Source: Flavobacteriales bacterium
GTDB lineage: Bacteria > Bacteroidota > Bacteroidia > Flavobacteriales_D > CAJJDF01
Direction of reading: 5' to 3'
Assembly (NCBI GenBank): GCA_965655625.1
Contig: CBFHHA010000004.1
Span: 17,710 to 81,709 of the forward strand
Length of the DNA: 64,000 nt
The notes beneath the pieces were generated by a model that ran no database searches, was not told where the DNA came from, and worked only from the letters and a program-made list of their open reading frames with translations. This document shows, piece by piece, positions 61,533 to 64,000 of this stretch; position 1 is the stretch's first letter; each line of letters begins with the position of its first letter. The translations under genes were made by a program, and so were the position numbers.

Positions 61533-62420
61533 CTAAAGATGAGCGCGTGCAGTTTCTGCCCAATGTTCTGCAAGTGATTTTGGATCTGCTCCTATAGACC
61601 GAGCAACCTGCAGCGCAACAGCCATCATGACAACAGAGGCTTGCTGAAGTTCTTCTAGTGATGCTATAGAGCCAAAGTCTGACTGAGCTTTGTTGAGGAA
61701 AAGTTGTAAGTGATGGGTGGCAAATTCTGTGGGATTATTCAGTGTTATTATCTCTGGATGCATCAATTCCTTTCGCCAATCTTGTGGTAGAAAAGAAAAC
61801 AATTCATCAGGCGAAGAGTCACCCAGAATCATCCATTGATTCAAGGTTTCTTTATTTCCAGATTCTGCCAATCCGCTATCGAGGTAGAGCTCAAAAGCAA
61901 TGTCGGCAAGTTGCTGCATCACTTCCAGATAATTGTCTTGTCCTTTTTCGTAGGTTTGAGTAGATTGATCTTGCAAATATTCTTCTACTGTAAATGAAGG
62001 TAGCTCGCTCACTACTGGACAACCTTCCAAACAAGGAAATTCTTTTCCTTCGTGAATGTATTCTACTTTTTCGTTTTGGATTTGTCTGCCCAGGGGATAA
62101 AGTCGACAAGCAAGTGGTCTTCCTGCGTGCACACTGCATCCAAAACCCTCGATGTATTGGCTGCAAGCGCGTTGGTTGTTGTATCCAATTTCTCCCTCAA
62201 ACTTTAGTTTGATTCCGCCCCAATCGCAATATTTCTCTACAAAATTTTGGGTAGAAAGTTGTTTTGATTTGGCAATCTTTGCCAATTCCCAGGGATTTAG
62301 ATGAACTGTTTTTCCATGGCAGCAAGTTCCCGTTCTTGAACAAGTGAGAGGAAGAGAGTCAGTTAATTTTAGTTTTGTTACAATCATTGGTGGTGATTTT
62401 TTGTCAACAGGGTTTTCCAT
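61533..62420 (-). CDS. YkgJ-family Cys-cluster (Zn/Fe-chelating) protein
   Basis: CSRTGTCC, CSVH..RPLACRLYP, CLEGC. Confidence 0.8.
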   Translation of the reverse strand: MENPVDKKSPPMIVTKLKLTDSLPLTCSRTGTCCHGKTVHLNPWELAKIAKSKQLSTQNFVEKYCDWGGIKLKFEGEIGYNNQRACSQYIEGFGCSVHAGRPLACRLYPLGRQIQNEKVEYIHEGKEFPCLEGCPVVSELPSFTVEEYLQDQSTQTYEKGQDNYLEVMQQLADIAFELYLDSGLAESGNKETLNQWMILGDSSPDELFSFLPQDWRKELMHPEIITLNNPTEFATHHLQLFLNKAQSDFGSIASLEELQQASVVMMAVALQVARSIGADPKSLAEHWAETARAHL

Positions 62421-62442
62421 TAAATTTACCGGTGCAATGGAT

Positions 62443-62748
62443 TCAATCGAGTTTGTATTTGTTTTTGTTGGAATTGATCAACAAATAAGAAATCCCAATG
62501 ATTAGGGCACCATAAAAAGAATAAAACTTGATTTCAGTAGTTTCCGTCCATTGTGCTGTGTAATATCCCAAACTGATTACAAATGCCATGAAGAACATCG
62601 CATTTCGGAACACGGAGGCAATTCCCTCTACATCATATTTTTTCTTTTCCTCCTCTGGCAGAGTGTTGTATCCAGCCATCAAGAAGTAGAGCTTTCCGTT
62701 TTTAATGGCAATCCCCAAAATCACAAAAAAGATAGAAATTCCGATCAT
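62443..62748 (-). CDS. DUF3784-like small membrane protein
   Basis: LMAGYNTLPEEEKKKYD motif, three hydrophobic segments. Confidence 0.7.
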   Translation of the reverse strand: MIGISIFFVILGIAIKNGKLYFLMAGYNTLPEEEKKKYDVEGIASVFRNAMFFMAFVISLGYYTAQWTETTEIKFYSFYGALIIGISYLLINSNKNKYKLD

Positions 62749-62904
62749 TAGTTGTTTGTTTCGTTTGGGAATAAAAGTAAAGGAAGTATTTCACATCTCA
62801 AAGAATCTCGGTTTCTTAGTTGTTCTCTTTTCCAAAAGATATAATTTGTAACAATTGTTCCTTTCATTCGTTCAAAAAGAAAGTAAATTTAACTAAAAAA
62901 GAAA

Positions 62905-63318
62905 ATGACACATACAATACAAACAGACTGGAAAGGCGAAATGGCTTATGAAGTAGAAACAGTGGGAGGAAAGCTGAAGTTGGATGCTACACCCGATGAA
63001 GATGGAAAGGCAAAAGGAATTACTCCTAAATACCTCATGTTGGTGTCATTGGCAGGTTGTACCAGCATGGATGTTACTTCTTTGCTCGATAAAATGAGGG
63101 CTCAGGTTCAGGATTTTAAAGTAGAAGTAGAGGGAAACCTGACAGAAGAACATCCAAAACATTACGACAAAGTAAAGATGCTGTATAAGTTTAGGGGTGA
63201 CGACCTACAAAAGGACAAAATAGAAAAAGCTGTGAAGCTATCCGTGGATAGGTATTGTGGGGTATTCGAGATGTTCAGACAATTTGCAGAAGTGACTTAC
63301 GAAATTCAATACAACTAG
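62905..63318 (+). CDS. OsmC/YhfA family protein
   Basis: G..PK..LAGCTSMDV...L.KMR, EEHPK, S..RYCGV. Confidence 0.88.
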   Translation: MTHTIQTDWKGEMAYEVETVGGKLKLDATPDEDGKAKGITPKYLMLVSLAGCTSMDVTSLLDKMRAQVQDFKVEVEGNLTEEHPKHYDKVKMLYKFRGDDLQKDKIEKAVKLSVDRYCGVFEMFRQFAEVTYEIQYN

Positions 63319-63489
63319 GATGAACACACCTTACCTTATAATAGGAATAGTGATTCTTCACTTTGTTGTGGGAATTGCTTTGTTGATTTGGAGAATGAAT
63401 AGAAAATAGGAGCCAATGTTCCAAACATGAATAATTCCCTAATAATTCTCAAGAGAGAATGGATTTGACAATCAGAAACGGAAATGTTT

Positions 63490-64000
63490 TTACAACACCA
63501 ATTCACCAATACCTTGGCGTACTATTTCTAAATCATCTTGTGTGCAATCTACTACTGTAGAGGGTTGGTTATTTCCAATTCCTCCATCCACAATGAGTTC
63601 AATTTGGTGCTGAAAATTCTGAAAAATTTGTTCGGGATCGGTAATGTATTCCACAATTTCATCTTCGTGATGAATAGATGAGGTGACCAAGGGAACACCC
63701 AAATGTTTCACTATTTCCAAACAGATTTCATTGTCTGGAATTCGGATTCCTATCTCTTTTTTATTGGAATCGAATAGTTTTGGGATTTTGTTGCTGGCAT
63801 TCAAGATAAATGTGTACGGACCAGGCAAGTTTTTGTTCAATGCTTTGAATACACTTCTGCTGAAAGGATTGGTGTACTCATCAATAGATTTTAAATCCGG
63901 ACAAACCAGCGAAAAGTTCGCTTTTTTGAGTTTTATTTGTTTCAGTTTTGCTAATTTTTCAATTGCCCGCTTGTTGTCAAGCGAGCAACCAAAATTGTAT
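63490..64000 (-). CDS. Sua5/YciO/YrdC family protein (5' end beyond window)
   Basis: LPGPYTFIL, IGIRIPD, TSS, DGG, PSTVVDC; frame stays open to the window edge. Confidence 0.88.
   Translation of the reverse strand, partial: YNFGCSLDNKRAIEKLAKLKQIKLKKANFSLVCPDLKSIDEYTNPFSRSVFKALNKNLPGPYTFILNASNKIPKLFDSNKKEIGIRIPDNEICLEIVKHLGVPLVTSSIHHEDEIVEYITDPEQIFQNFQHQIELIVDGGIGNNQPSTVVDCTQDDLEIVRQGIGELVL

Overview
A 64-kb chromosomal segment from a Bacteroidota bacterium, probably Flavobacteriales (gldH, T9SS-CTD cargo proteins, a PorV-like protein, TAnnTTTG promoters). Most of it is housekeeping: start of the dcw cluster, engB, scoAB, PBP1A-gldH-ricT, holB, era, ung, gmhA, rodA-mrdA, trkAH, phoH, radC, clpX, ribD, a DEAD-box helicase and an S46 peptidase. 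The exception is an AT-rich ~12.4-kb accessory island (~21.9-34.3 kb) downstream of tRNA-Arg(TCT), with no integrase or transposase. It holds: (i) an integron-like cassette bounded by long attC-like hairpins with complementary cassette ends; (ii) nine copies of an IS6-like 16-bp terminal repeat forming ~150-bp MITEs and stacked ends that bracket the cassette region; (iii) three secreted paralogs with a shared signal/coiled-coil N-terminus and unrelated C-terminal domains; (iv) a duplicated gene whose middle is replaced by a nearly start-to-stop foreign ORF; (v) a candidate invertible promoter. All calls come from reading the sequence and from motif knowledge; no searches were run.
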